Shown piece by piece: positions 23,846 to 37,858 of a stretch of DNA of 64,000 nucleotides. Each line of letters opens with the position of its first letter. Position 1 is the stretch's first letter. A program made the position numbers and the translations under genes. A model generated the notes under the pieces. It did not search any database, was not told the DNA's origin, and saw only the letters and a list, made by a program, of their open reading frames with translations. The stretch lies in the NCBI GenBank assembly GCA_973895155.1, contig OZ316896.1, forward strand, positions 9,931,525 through 9,995,524, written 5' to 3'. This DNA comes from Marsupella aquatica. Its lineage: Eukaryota; Plantae; Marchantiophyta.

Positions 23846-24731
23846 GTTGGACTCTAAAAACCAAATTAAATGTAAAAAAACACATATTATGCTTGTCCGA
23901 CTCTATTTATAATGCAGTTCACCGTTATCTTGCATCTCAATTTCTATATGCAACCTTGGGGGCCTCACTCTAAAAGAAGTCTATAACACACTCGACATTT
24001 TTAGCAATATTAAACACCCTAAACATAAGAACAAGAAAATTGAACTGAATCTTGTTCATTGCAAACTTGCACTTGCTATATAGGTTTAGCAAAGAGACGA
24101 GCCTTTCGAAGACAATATAATACTTCTCTAAGCAACTGCTCATGCTCCTCCAACATTTTTTAGTAGATCAGGATATCATCAATAAAGACTACCACTCCTT
24201 GGTCTACCAAGCCATGAAAGATGATATTCATCATTTTTATGAACGTTGCAATTGCATTACACAACCCGAATGGCATAACCAAAATTTTGTAGGATCCGAA
24301 CCTTATGCGCATTGCGATCTATACTCATCTCCCTTAGCCATGCGGATCTGCTAATACCGAGACCACAAGTTTACCTTGGAAAACTTCTTTGCCTTGGAGC
24401 TCTAGGCAATTCAAGAGGTCATCCATGTGAGGTAGCGGATACTTGTTCTTTACCATTTGCTTATTCAGGGCCCGGTAATCTGCGCACAATCTCAAAGTAC
24501 CATCCTTTTTTGACACAAACAATGCGGGCGCCTTGTAAGGGCTCTTACTAGGACAATGAACCTTTGGTCAATTAACTCTTCAAGGGCATTCTTCAACATC
24601 ATTTGTTTGTTGAAGTTCAGACAATAAGGAGCTTAATTTTTGCTTGTGGAGCCAAACTAGGCTCCAACTCAACTTGGTGATCTACTTCCCTCCAAGGGGG
24701 CAAACCTTTAGGTAGCTTCTGATAGAGGACG

Positions 24732-27700
24732 CCCTGGGCCCCCACTCCTAGTAAAAAATCTCTACCCCCCTGTGAACGGACCCCCCTTGGTACCCCTTGT
24801 TATTATTTTTGAAATATTAAAAAATTACCTTGTTATTTAGAAAAACACACATTTTCACAATAATTAATATCCTTTGGATAATTATAAAATTTAGATTTGA
24901 ATATTTTTGTATAGCCTTCATTAGTTACATTTTCTTTGTTCAAAGATAATGATTCACAAAAATGAGAACCAAGATAGTTAATGCGATAAGTATGCACTTT
25001 ATTGAGAACACTATTACTAGAAATAGAAATTACTGGTATATGCCTATTTGACAACATGAGAGAAATAACAAAACACTATTTTTCTAGAACTGAGGAAATG
25101 TAAACTTCTCCAGTTCTCCTACTAATCTAATCACTAGGCTTCTCCTCACTAGACTTCTCCATTTCAGCTACATGCTCACCAGCATGCTCACTTAAGTAGG
25201 TCAATTGTAACGGCCACTCTGCACGCCAAAATATGTGCTTGTAAAAATGAGTCGGCACAGCTGCACGGACTTCTGCAAATTCCGTGACAGGAATAACTTC
25301 CAATATTCCCTTCACACCCACCTTGGCAGGAAAAATAACATCGGAAGTCTCTTCACATGAATTACATAGATCACTATCAACACCACAAACATAACTTTGG
25401 ATAACATCATCCCTCATCCTTTTTGACTTTCTGCTCCGCTCTAAATTATTATTGACATTCTGCCAATCAAAGATCAATCCCAATCTTGGCAGCTTGTCTC
25501 TGCTTTGCAATAGCTTTGCTCTTGTGACCCTTCATCATGCCACTTTTGAGCATATATCTATTCAGTCCTGAATTGACCTGATTCAACACAGGTCAAAAGG
25601 GAGTATCATCAATAGCGATTGCTGTTCTCTAATTACAAGTTGCATTATATATAAATTCCGAGCATATATGAATGAAATGAATGAAACAAGAGAAGTAGTC
25701 GGGGAAGTAGTAGGTTCAAGATGTACCTTCTCTGCACAACCTGATTACACAATGTTGTTCCTGACAAAATTGTCCAGAGCAATCACATCATCTGGATTTA
25801 ACAGGAACACAGATGGATACAGAGGGTCAATTGTAAAATTGACAGTTGATATCACGCAGTCTAAGTCAATGATTTGAGGATCACACACGTTGTAGTAGAA
25901 TTTGTGCCTACCAACCCCAATAGGAGTGAACCAATTGAAAACAACTTGACACGCTGCTTCAGAACCAGGCCTATCAAGTAAATCCAAGGCTTCTCTAGAT
26001 CTGGCAACACTATTTCCATACTTCCGATGGATGCTTTGCACTCTGCCAATCCACCAAACATATTTTGGCCCAGAAATAGAGCATGCTTTAACTGGTTGAC
26101 CTCTTGGCCTCTTTGGATTGCTGATAGGATCTTTTGATTTCCCTGCTCGTTTTTTCACCTTTGCTATTGTTTGCACAACACTTGTGCTGCGGGTAGTCCT
26201 AACCTGTAGTGTTTCATCAAGAAAAAACACACCACAGTCACTACCAACTGTCATGAACATAGTTGGAACACCTTCCTGATGGTTGGGTTTATCAACTAAA
26301 TTGTTGAAGTATATACTCTGCTTCACTCGAGTCAAACGGTCCTTACTCAGATGTGGGTTCCCAATCAATTGGCTAACTAAAGTACTCTTGTAGATCTGTC
26401 GGTCCTTAAAAGTAACAGTTGGTTTGACATCTACTATTGGCGCACCATACAACAAGTCTGAGTGCATTATGTTCAGTGTGGCCTCAAGTTCAGAGGCAGC
26501 TACCTCTATATCAGGGTCTACCATTCTCTCTATGGAAACTTCAGCTTTAGCAGATGAGGTAGGTGCCTCTCTATCTAGGTTTTGCAAAACCGGTCCATCT
26601 AATATGGAGACTTCCTCCTGTGAGATTGGAGCAGATGCGGCTGCTGCAGATTGACCTACAGTAGGACGGGGCCCTACTTCGCCATCCAAAGTATCCTGGA
26701 CATCTACTAGTGAATCCAAATTGATATCACACCAACCACCATACTTCACCCCTTTGGCCTCCACCTTCCAAGGAGATTTCCACCAGGTGATGTCCCTACA
26801 AGAGGTTGAAGGATTCATTTGCAACTCAGTTGCTGTAGTTTGTGCCAACTTTAACCCTTCTTGCAGAACAGTGACAACCTGTGCATCATTCTCAATCCCT
26901 GTACAGTCTGTTTGGTCTGCCTCACGTTCAGCACCATCCCCCATAGGGTGAAGTTTCATCCAAATGTTACAATGCTTCTTATGGCTCTTCGCCGCACCCA
27001 TCATTCCCTCAGCCACATCCATTGCAGCCAATCTGTTAAGATTAGTAGCACACTCCACTAATTCTGCCACATCATAGCTCCGCTCATTACCACACATACC
27101 CCCTACTTTTGAAAAGAATTGCTCACAAGCATCGGATCCCATTAAAAACAAAGGCACTGGCAAATGCCTAAAATTGTCCCTAAACTGAATTATGAGAAGG
27201 ACTACAAAGTGAACAAACATTTGAATGTCTAGAAATGTTTGCATGGGAATGCAATTTCGAGTAAAACTAATAGGCTGTGTGTTGCCCCCCACTGCATGGT
27301 TACCATGAAAGCACCATAGGCGCCACAGCCTGAAGAAAAAACCCACTTTTGCACAGAGTAAAATCCTCTCTCGCAATGTGAATTTGGTGTTCATGAATAT
27401 GTCTAAATAATCTGCACATATTCGAAGATACACCTCAGTTCCATGTGAGAGCTCCACCCTTACATCCTGCTGCAAATGCAACTCTCTTAAGGTGTCAATG
27501 ACCTTGTGGTTACAGAATCTCTGTGCACTAGTCCAGTTTTGCCTATCATTCCGGCTTACATCCTCACAGTTCAAGCCATGATCTTCGAGATCATACAAGT
27601 CAGACAGATGTTTGATGTGACTATAGTTAGCCACGGCTGCCCCTAATTTCAAAATCCGTGCAGTAGAATCAAGGGGATTCACAAGCTTCTTGCCGTTGTG

Positions 27701-30700
27701 AATATAATCTTGATCATGTAGCCCATAGGCATGGATCAATACACCATTGCTGGTCATTGAGTGGGTCAGTTGCCAACCTTCCCATCTCAGGCCAGCCCGT
27801 GGCCCTGCCTCCCCTCTGCCTGTGTAATCCTCCAACATAAGCTTTCTCCTTCGTGCATCCTCATCACTTGCATGGCCTAATATAGGCCCCACACTTGCCA
27901 GGCAATGAGTAGTCCACAGTGAATTAAGGGAAGTCCACTGACTCCTAACCCAAGGAGCTTTAAACTTATTACAAGTGGGAATTGCCATTGCACATAATCG
28001 AGGAAACCCTTCACAAAGAGGGTTCACCACTACACACCTTGCTTGGTGCCCTACCACAGAATTATCAAAAGCATCAATAATATTGTTGAACCCAACTTCT
28101 CCTTCACCCACAAAAATCTCCCCACCAACTTCACAGATATGGTCATTTTTTCTGTCCACAAAACCCAAGGAGGGTATCATGTTTTGCAAGCCATCTGCAA
28201 ACACATGGCAGATGAGCCAAGTGTAAGGCCATGATGTCTATGTAACTCTTTAGCATAGACATGAAAGTGAGTACAAGATGCAGTTTTACAAGTCATGGCA
28301 CTAGTAGTACCTGACTGTTCGCTTGACACAAGTCTCATCCTCTGCTAAATAGCACGGAATAGGCCCTGATATGTTAAGACGAGTTTTGATTTGCGAGTAA
28401 ACCTCTGCAATAAACACAAATTGCTCTGCATGGATCCCTGCTCTGAACACTTGCATTCCTCTCCTGTCTCGTTGAAGGGTGTTTAAACTCGGCCCAATTC
28501 TGTTGCTTGCCAAACAATCAACAACTCGCCTGCCCCCATGTAGGAACAATGTTTGACAAAGAAGCTTTGTTCCTGCCTTATACCTGTATCCCTCTTTTGT
28601 AGTATTGAGGTTTGAAGCTATATCCGACAGCATATCCCAAAGAGCACCTCTCCCACCAAACGCTCCTGTTCTGTGAGCCAAAACTATGGATTGGCATAGC
28701 TTAACCACCGACACCTTGTTTGGTCCCTCATAGTCCAAGCAAACCTCTTTGATGCTTGGGACCCGGGACTTCAACATTAGGAGTTTATGACTTAGATATC
28801 TGGTCAGCCGACACTCTCTGATAATGGAATTTCTGTAAATTTTGGCCTGCCTCTGAATCTCTGGACAAGTCAGGTAATCTAAGCGCCTACCATTGCCAGT
28901 GGTCCTTTCCACTCTTTTCTCAAGGGCCCTATCTTCTCTGAGTACCCTCAACCGAAAGTCATCTAGTGTTTTTATAGAAAAACACTTGGAACATGTCAAG
29001 TCTTCAAACCCTCCCCCTAGTTCGGACACTCTCCTACATTCCCTATGTCTAAATAGACCAGCGATGTAACAAGTTTGTTCACAAGTTAAAGACCAAACCT
29101 CTTCCCTGACCAGGGGCTCTGCATACCAGACACCACCCATTTTAAGCTGGTCGCTTAAGACTCCCTTGATAGGCCTGGATTCTGAACCATACTATACCTC
29201 ATCCCGCCAAAGACCCCAACACAACAACGACAAGTTATCAAATGTACCTCTCTCATTATCGGCTGTGGACACCCAAGATGAACTAGTGGAAGCACCTCCA
29301 GCCGATTTCTTAGTCAAGAACCCTTGGATTGTCCTCTGTTTGACATCCCTCCCATCCACACTACGGGGTCGTCCTGGGCCCCCAGTCCTGATAGGCTCAT
29401 TGCGAGCCGGTCTCTGAGATCTGGCCACATAATCAAGGTGGATGAGGCCAGTACAATGGGCTATCAGGTTGGCTTCAAGGTTCCGTTGTTTTGGAATCAA
29501 TGTTAAGTGGTGCAGACAGAAATTGCAGAAGAGTTTAAGTGTGTGTAGCTCCACTGGCTCCTTATGCACATCACCCTGAACTACAAATGTGGTACGACCA
29601 ACAGTCTGTGATGCATTGACCTTTTCTACAATCTGCATATGTAGGTCTAGTATGCCTCTATCACTTAGGGTATTAGCTGAAGCCCTCCTCGCAATCTCTT
29701 GGGCCTCAACTCTCTCACCCCTATTTGATGCCACATGACCTGCATGCTTCAGAGAACGCAGGTGCGAGTTTTTGAAATTGGTGAATGTATTATTGATAGA
29801 TGATCGATCCATCAATACACCTTTGGCTACTGCTTCAAAATGCCTATCACACTCGCAACACTCAATATGCCCCCATGGCAAATTATCCTTGTCCCAGGTC
29901 TTCACTCTCCACTTGTGGTCCCCACATTTAATGTCCTCCATGTGAATCTTCAACTTATCAACAAACTGGGACCACACTCTCTTTAGATCATTGCTCGTCG
30001 CTTGAGACATAAAGCTGACTTGGAGTTCAGCCACTTGCGATGGGTCAGCACAATCTGGACCTTCCTCGAGCACAGGTTCTTCCATAATGGGAGAAGCTGG
30101 AAGGACATCACTTTCTGTGCAAGACGGTCCATTTGAGGCATTGCTACTTCGGATGACTTGTTGCAACCCGATTTGGCAATTCTGGCAGGCACAATGGCAG
30201 GCTCCAGTTCATTCTTGCGGATGATAACAATGTTTCCACCCCAATCTTCGACAAGATTATAAATCTCCCATTTTTGGGGCATCCGAGTGCCAAGACTGAC
30301 ATCGATGAAGTGGAAGTCAAAATCAAACTGAGACTCCAACTTGAGTCGAGCATCAGCAAAGGATTCACCTATCTTGTAACTATACGACAAAATAGGTTTC
30401 CTTTCCCCACATTCTGTGTCTACTTGAAACAATGTTGCAGGCGGCATTCTCTCACTACCTCCACTTATACCCTATTATCTAGAAATGGGCCGCCAAAATT
30501 AATGATACATGTAATGAGACTGACATGCAGCCTTCCAGTGCTCTTCTAAAGCACTCAAACGTCTGATTGGATCTCCAACATTGCCTGTTGAAACCAGGTC
30601 ATTTTGTGTGAGTGAAAGAGGTATTTTGGGCGTAACTATAAATTGTTTAATTTGTGTATCTAGCAATACAGAACTTCAGCAAAACAAGGTTGCAAGATTT

Positions 30701-33700
30701 GAGTCTATAATATGACTGAGACTTAGTGCTTCCCAACAGTGGAGACCGCATCCACTGGACCAATCCCATGAGAGCCTTGCCCCATCCTGGCCATTTCTCA
30801 TGGTGATTGGCTTTTGCAAGATCCTTTGCTGCTTTCTCCAACATTTTGGGTGGGAAGGGTCGTACCCTTTGCATGCAAGGACTCCAGTTTCAGCGTAAGC
30901 ACAAGAGGGACAGGGATCTGCACATGGCCACTTTAGCTTGTCCCCATTCTAGCTTGTCCCGGTTCAGCGTCCCATGTGCTTGGTCCATGTACAGTCGGGG
31001 CAAAGCCCACACTCCAATCCCTCTCCTCCACATCTCATTTGGGCCGCATATGCTCAATCAACAATGACTTTAAGACAAAGTAGGAGACTTGACAACATTG
31101 AACAACCCTACACAGATAACCACCCAGACCCTAAGGACTGGCTCTAATCACTCAATCCTCATCGGGCTACCTGCTTCGAATTTAACAAGGAACGCTAGAC
31201 TGCCGGCGATGAAATCCAGCAGTCTCCAATGGGGGCATGACTTCCCCATGGGTTCCTTGCATTTGACGGGCCCTGCAAACAAGTCCAATGTCTAGAGCAG
31301 AAATTCACAATACAAAAAGATTGAAACTTACTGAGAAACACACAAAGCCCTGTACGTTAGTCTTTTGAAGTAGAACTGGACAAGACTATGACACAATTCT
31401 TCACAATCAATGAGGCAACGCAAAGTTACATGGCCATACCTTGGATAGAAAGAACAACAATGAAGAATGTCCCGACTCTCCCTTGTCGTCCACAAGTCCT
31501 TCAGTTCAAATATTGAGAGCAATGTCCCGACTGATACAAGAAAACCCACATGAATTAGTCTCTTGCAGTTGCACTGGAAAACACCAAAATTTTTCAATCT
31601 CACCTTACAATGGATGAAGCAAAGTAGAACTCCTTGGCCATACCTTGTCCAGAGACGGGAAGATACAAAGACAATCGGGAATGTCAAATGTCCCGACGCT
31701 CTCCATGCATTTGCCCTGATTACCAACAACATAGCATGGTGAGAGCTATGGGGATAGCATGAACTAGGTGGACATATTTTGTTGTGCGCAAACAACCAAC
31801 ACCTTTGAGAAAATTTAAGCAATAACGCACCTAGCTGTATATCTCCAAGTTAGCCTCAGGTGCTCAATTGCGTGCAACCCTAAACTGAACGCCTCCTTGT
31901 CCAAAGGTTCTTCAATTAAATCATTGAGTGCACTGTCCCAACTGACAGAAGAAAACTCGTGTCAGTTTTCAACCAAGCAAAGCGCAGCAGCATACATCAA
32001 TTATTACTATGATGCCTTCGGTTTCAATGGCAGGATTGCCATCATTGTTTCTATTGTAACAAACTCAGACTGCCAAGGCCGAGGATGACATACTAATTTT
32101 GATACTGATGTTTATACAAAAATATGCGTTGGCAAAAACATGAACGCATTGTACAAAATGACCGCACTGGTCATTTGAGATGCAAGCCTAAAACCCTGCC
32201 TAAAAACCAAGAGCTATGTACATACCTACTCGCCGTCTAGCAACTCTACCTTGCCTAATACAAACGGGTCGGTGTTACAAAGCTGACACACTTTCCAGGC
32301 ACGCTTTTGTAAAAACACCTCATTGTGCTTTACATCTGCGTCCGGATGAACATTGCATGCTGGGCACCTAGCAGTCAAAGGATGGATGCAACCAGCACCA
32401 ATAGCATACTCTACACCACGTATTGTACACGAGAACATGATTGATGTGGGGTCCATAAATTTCTCCCACACAGATTGTCAAGTCATCCGAGATGGAGGAG
32501 CAGAACCAAAGAGGAAAACAATGGGCACGTTCCCCTTAAGCATGCCTAAAGCCTTCAACTTACGGTGCAACCTGACTCCCTTCTCATACAGAAGACCTAT
32601 AGAACGGCTTCGGGTGGTTACCATTGCTCTACCCCCGACGTGTTACCTTGGCGTGAAATGTGCAAACTGCTAGACCCCAAAGGACAATAGACACACAAAG
32701 AAATGTACCTGCAAACATCACATCTAATTTTTTAGTAATTGAAGTGCAAAAGAAGGCATGTCTGGATTCAAATGCAAGCAAATTCAAGCTAGTGAAAGGC
32801 ATGGCAGATGTAGGCAATTCAATGCAATCAGGAATGCAATGGAGGACAAAGGTTAGAAGAACTTACTTGCTTGTTGGTTGCGTCTGTTGGCACGACACTT
32901 GGACACTGCTCTCCCGGGCCGCTCTCCTAGCTCGGACAATTTATAATAAACTTCTGTAGAAGCATAAACATAGACTTATGGTCATGACAGTAACATTTTG
33001 GGAAATTTAGCAACTAGCAACTCGGAAACTTCACCTCAGTAAATAAAAAGGCACAATGAACGGGGCTCACCGTTAACTCCTCCTTCAAATGATTGGGTCA
33101 CCACTCCTTCAATAGCATTAATTTCCACTGGCAGTGAATTGTTTATATCTGCACATTTGCCAGACATTTGAGTGTGAGTCCAGAGTGTGAGTTCACTGTG
33201 ATACAAAGGGTAAAACAAAAATCCAATACATGGAATTCACACTCCTTTACAAAACCGTGAGACAGACCAAGGCAGAAACAGACGCAATGGAGGGAACAGA
33301 TGCAAACCAAAACCTTTGCATCCATAGACAAAACATAAATGGAACTAAAGAAGAAGAAAAAAGACATAGCATATGAAAAATGAAGCAGGAAACAATTTAT
33401 CGAGGTACACAAAAGCAATGCAAGCGGGAACGCAGGCAGGACGCAACATACCAATTGTTGAAGATGGATCCTGAACAACCTAGTGTGTCCTCTGACCTTT
33501 GTTCACTTCTCTCTATGGCAACTCAACATGCTCCAAAATGTTTCCCACACTGCCGGCCCTCCAATTGACTTGTGCCCCAAAAATATGAAATGCTCCTCTA
33601 CAACTTAGAAGCACTGGCGAATCCTGCAAGGAAATCATAAGCACAGTAAGAGACAAGCAAAATTGGATAACTTAGTAACTGTGGCGGTCAGGGCCAAGGT

Positions 33701-35476
33701 ACTCACACTAACGGATATGGTTGTACAAGACCAGGACAAGGCGACGAGTACTCCCGCGAGTACTAGTGCAATGAGAGCTTCACCAATGGCCCCAACGATG
33801 GCTTCAAACAAGAGCAGCAAACCTGAGCACTAGCAAAATAGGCAAGAAAGTCAAATCATAAGCCCAAAATGAAACCAACAAAATTATAAGAGAAAGTAGA
33901 TGCGAAGGTCTTGAAGGCCAAGGTACTTACAATGGCATTCAGTGGAACCTCGGACAATGTTTCTGAAAAACCGGGATGAGGTGCTGGGTACTAGGGCAAT
34001 GACGATACCTGCAAGGAGATGGGCCTGGCAATGGCTATTCACAACAGAGCAACCACAACACTGAGAGATAGTCAAAGTGAAGCACTGCTAATCCAGGGAT
34101 GCAGAGGAATGTACGTGACCAAATGCAAGGAGGACTTGGCAGGGAACAAGGCGGGGAACTTGGACGCACTGTCAAACCATTGAGAAAGTCCCAGAGAAAG
34201 TAGCTGAAAATTAAAAGGTTAGGGAAGAGGTACTTACATTGGCATTGCAGCAGAGAAACACTGGATTGAAAAGCTTTTGAAAACCGGGATGAGGCAGTCG
34301 GTGCTAGGGCTCCCGTGACAGCTTCAAATGAGAGCAACAAAACTGTAGCAAAGAATGTGCACTACCACATGAGACAGCAAAGAGCTCTGAACCAAAGAAA
34401 GACAAACAACCCCAAAGCATCGAACGGATTCAAACAACGAGCGAGACACCCAGGGGGACGAGAGAGAGCCAAGCGCAAAAAGCATGAGCGGCTATGAGAT
34501 GGGACAATGAGCATCAGGTGAGCTTGAGGGCAAAGGCACTTACAATGGCATTTGCTGCAAGACCGTCACCAGGCCAAGGCAAATACTATCAACCAGGGAA
34601 TCAACTATGGCAATGGCTTCAATGACGAGCTTCAATCGGGGCTTCAGTGATGGCCACCAATGCGGACACGGGTGCGGACAACTTGAAAATCAACTGCGAC
34701 AGCTTCAGCGATGGCCACCAATGTAGACAATAGCAAGGGAAGAGCCTGGGAGGTAGCTGCGACGAGCTAGAGCCTGGGAGATTGCTGCGACGAGAGCTTG
34801 GGAGACATGCGGGCAAGGCAGGGGACCTTGGTTGCGAGGCTCTCTCCATTCGACATTCGGGCCCGCATTCGGGCAATGCAGGGGAGAGCAAATGAGGAGG
34901 GAAACCTGAGGCCGGGATGGTCTGGGCCCCAGAACCTTTGGACTCCAACCGGGACTCAAACCCGGTGACAATCAAGCCCCAAAACCTTAAAGCGCGCATA
35001 CCCTGGGCATACTTGGGCCACAGATCGATAATTGGAGGGCCCCGATCTTCCCTCCCTTGGATCCAATGGGCAGGGATTGGCCCCATGTGTTTCCTCATGG
35101 GGCACTTCAAAAAACCACCCTAAACCCCTCAATATACCCTACCCTAGATCCCACCCTAAACCCCGCCCTAAACCCCACAACCCCGCCCACAACTAACAAT
35201 GGCATACCAAAAGACATAGACACGTGTACCTATAGGATGATGCCATGTGTACCACTAAGATGATGCCGCATGGCGGAGATGATTATATACCCCCTTCCCC
35301 AAAAAAAATTGGACCCGAATATGAAGTGCCCTTCCTTATTTAGAAAGTGACATTTGTATAAAAGAGCGGGTTGCTTTGTTACAAGTCAATTCTAAAAATT
35401 ACTTCAATATGAATTAAATCGACCCTTGAATCGTTCTCATGTCCGACCCGTTTTACCTAAGAGTGGGGGCCCAGGG
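24732..35476 (-). mobile_element. P-element-like DNA transposon, 10.7 kb, with TIRs and 8-bp TSD
   Basis: TIR ccctgggcccccactcctagtaaaa / ttttacctaagagtgggggcccaggg; TSD agaggacg at 24724-24731 and 35477-35484; encodes a P-like transposase. Confidence 0.85.
25745..30447 (-). pseudogene. Disrupted P-element-like DDE transposase with N-terminal C2H2-like zinc fingers
   Basis: Consecutive ORFs 30447-29983, 30166-29192, 29140-28301 and 28204-25745 are broken by frameshifts and a stop. Motifs AEDET, HASDED, DQDYIHNGKK (DxxH), DRQNW and GSDACEQFFS appear in P-transposase order. Upstream are CCEC...HLRSLKH and CNFC...HCTGLIH. Confidence 0.7.
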
Positions 35477-36265
35477 AGAGGACGTCATTGAGTTCCTCTA
35501 AACTTTCGGGAATTCAACTGCAATTGCGCCTGACCTTAGCTGACTTAGATTTTGGCTGCTTAGCCGCCTCCTTAAGAGGGTGGAGATGAAAGAATAAGCA
35601 TTCATGTCCACCCTTGAAGTCCTTCCACCATTGCTTTGTCGATACACACAGAGACAACCACAATACTTTACTTTGTGAAATCTTTATTTATTTTTGGTAA
35701 CTTCGTGTACAATGATGGGCTCACCGCCCTTATCAAGAAAATTGAGCACTTCATACCTCGGTTTCAAGGTAACAGTGTGCTTCCTGAGATAGCTTATTGA
35801 CAAAATGAAGTCTACAGCTAGGCCCTCTAAGACGTAGAACATCTTTATGACCTCTACTGAAAGTCTATGTACCACTCTTCACACTATCCATTTTGTGTCA
35901 TTGGCAAACTTGCACACTAAGAGCATTCCCACCCGTCCCGCTAAATGCGGCCCGGTATCAACGGTAGTAGCGGAGACTTTTCAGAGTTTGTTGTGTTGCG
36001 TCTCAAAAACCCTGTCTCATACCCCACCCGAACGGTATCCAATGCCCCTGTACCACCAGCAACATAGTCAAAGAGTAGTCGACTACAGTTCGAGCAGTGA
36101 GCTTCGCGCGCAATAGGGCAATGTCCGTTTTAGTTGGAATTGGGCTTTCAACGCACGATTTTGAATGTCTGAAATTGGAACTCCTGATTCAAAGCTGAAC
36201 TTGAAACACGTTGAGCTGTCGACCTCGAATTGCTGTCAATTGAAGACGTTCAGTCAACTGACAAT

Positions 36266-37624
36266 ATGACTTCACTCGAATCATGGAGAACAAAATTGAT
36301 GAAGCAGATTGAGGAGGGCAAGAGAGATTTCGATCAAGACATGGAGGCCTGGGAGCAAATCATTATGTCTGGGCCACTCTCATTGATGGACTGCGCCAAG
36401 AGAAAGTATAGGGTTGCAAATCGTAGAGGGGGTTCGAGGCCAGGAAAGAGTAGAAATCTTGATAGAGAGAGACAGAAGGGGCATGAACGTATCTGGAGAG
36501 ATTACTTTTCAGAGAATCCCATTTACACAGACAGACATTTCCGAAGGAGATATCGGATGAGAAAGCCCCTTTTTTGGAGAATTCACAATGCAGTGATTGC
36601 AGCAGATGTCTACTTTGTTCAAAGAAGAGATGCTGCAGGCGTTCTTGGTCTATCATCAATTCAAAAAATGAATGCTGCCATTCGTATGCTTGCACTTGGG
36701 ATTTCTGGGGATGCTCTTGATGAATACGTTCGAATTGCAGAGAGCACGGCTATGGAGTCCTTGAAAAGATTTTGTCGTGCAATTCGGATTGCATTTGAGG
36801 CTGAATATCTAAGGCAACCAACAAGGGCTGACATGGAGAAACAATTCAATGTCAATGAGGCCCGTGGATTTCCTGGAATGTTTGCTAGCTTGGATTGTAT
36901 GCACTATATCTGGAAAAATTGTCCCGTTGGGTGGTAGGGCCTTTTTACAAATAAGGACGGTGAGAAATCTATTGTGCTTGAGGCAATAGCAGACCAATCC
37001 TTATGGATCTGGCACGCATACTTTGGGCTCCCGGGATGCAATAACGACCTCAATGTCTTGGATCGCTCACCTTTAGTAAATAATTTCCTGAGGAGTGAAG
37101 CTGATACAATTGGTTTCACAGTGAATGACAGGCAGTATCACCGCTACTACCTTCTTGTTGATGGTATTTACCCGGATTGGTCCATATTCATTTCTACAAT
37201 CACACATCCACAGGGTGATGCGAAGAAATGGTTTGCAAAGTGTCAAGAAGGAGCGCGAAAAGATGTCGAGAGAGCTTTTGGGGTACTTCAACAGAGATGG
37301 GCAATTGTGAGAAATCCAGTTCGAATGCACCACCAAAATGACATAAAGGATGTCCTTCTAGCTTCTGTAATCCTTCATAACATGATAATTGAGGATGAGA
37401 GACATGAGCATTTACCTGCCGATTGGGATCAATGTGAGAGAGCAGTTTCTAGACAAGGGAGATTACTACCGAATACTGATTGGTATCAGTACCTTGCTGC
37501 CACTCGAGTGATCGAAGATGCTGAAACTCATTATATGTTGAGGAATGACCTCATTGCACATCTTTGGGATTTGAAAGGAAAGGGGCATCGTTTTGAATAC
37601 ATAGGAAACCAGGATTGTTTGTAG
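36266..37624 (+). pseudogene. PIF/Harbinger DDE nuclease with one premature TAG (36935-36937)
   Basis: FRRRYRM, ASLDCMH, KNCPVGW*G, NNDLNVL, YYLLVDGIYP, RKDVERAFGVLQQRW, ILHNMI; both halves are in the same frame. Confidence 0.9.
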
Positions 37625-37858
37625 GGCAGCATGCAATTCAATTCCAATCTTATTTTCAAATCTATTCTCACTTTAATAAAGCGACGAATTGACGTGCACA
37701 AACATAGCAGACAACACTTGTATTGTGTACATGCCTTGCAAATTTTATTCAGCAATTGATTTGTACAAAATCAAAGTGTCGACATTGGTGGATGGAGTCT
37801 AACTAAAATCCAATCTTGACTAAAATTTCCTGCTCCAATTGACTTCAAGAAATAATAT

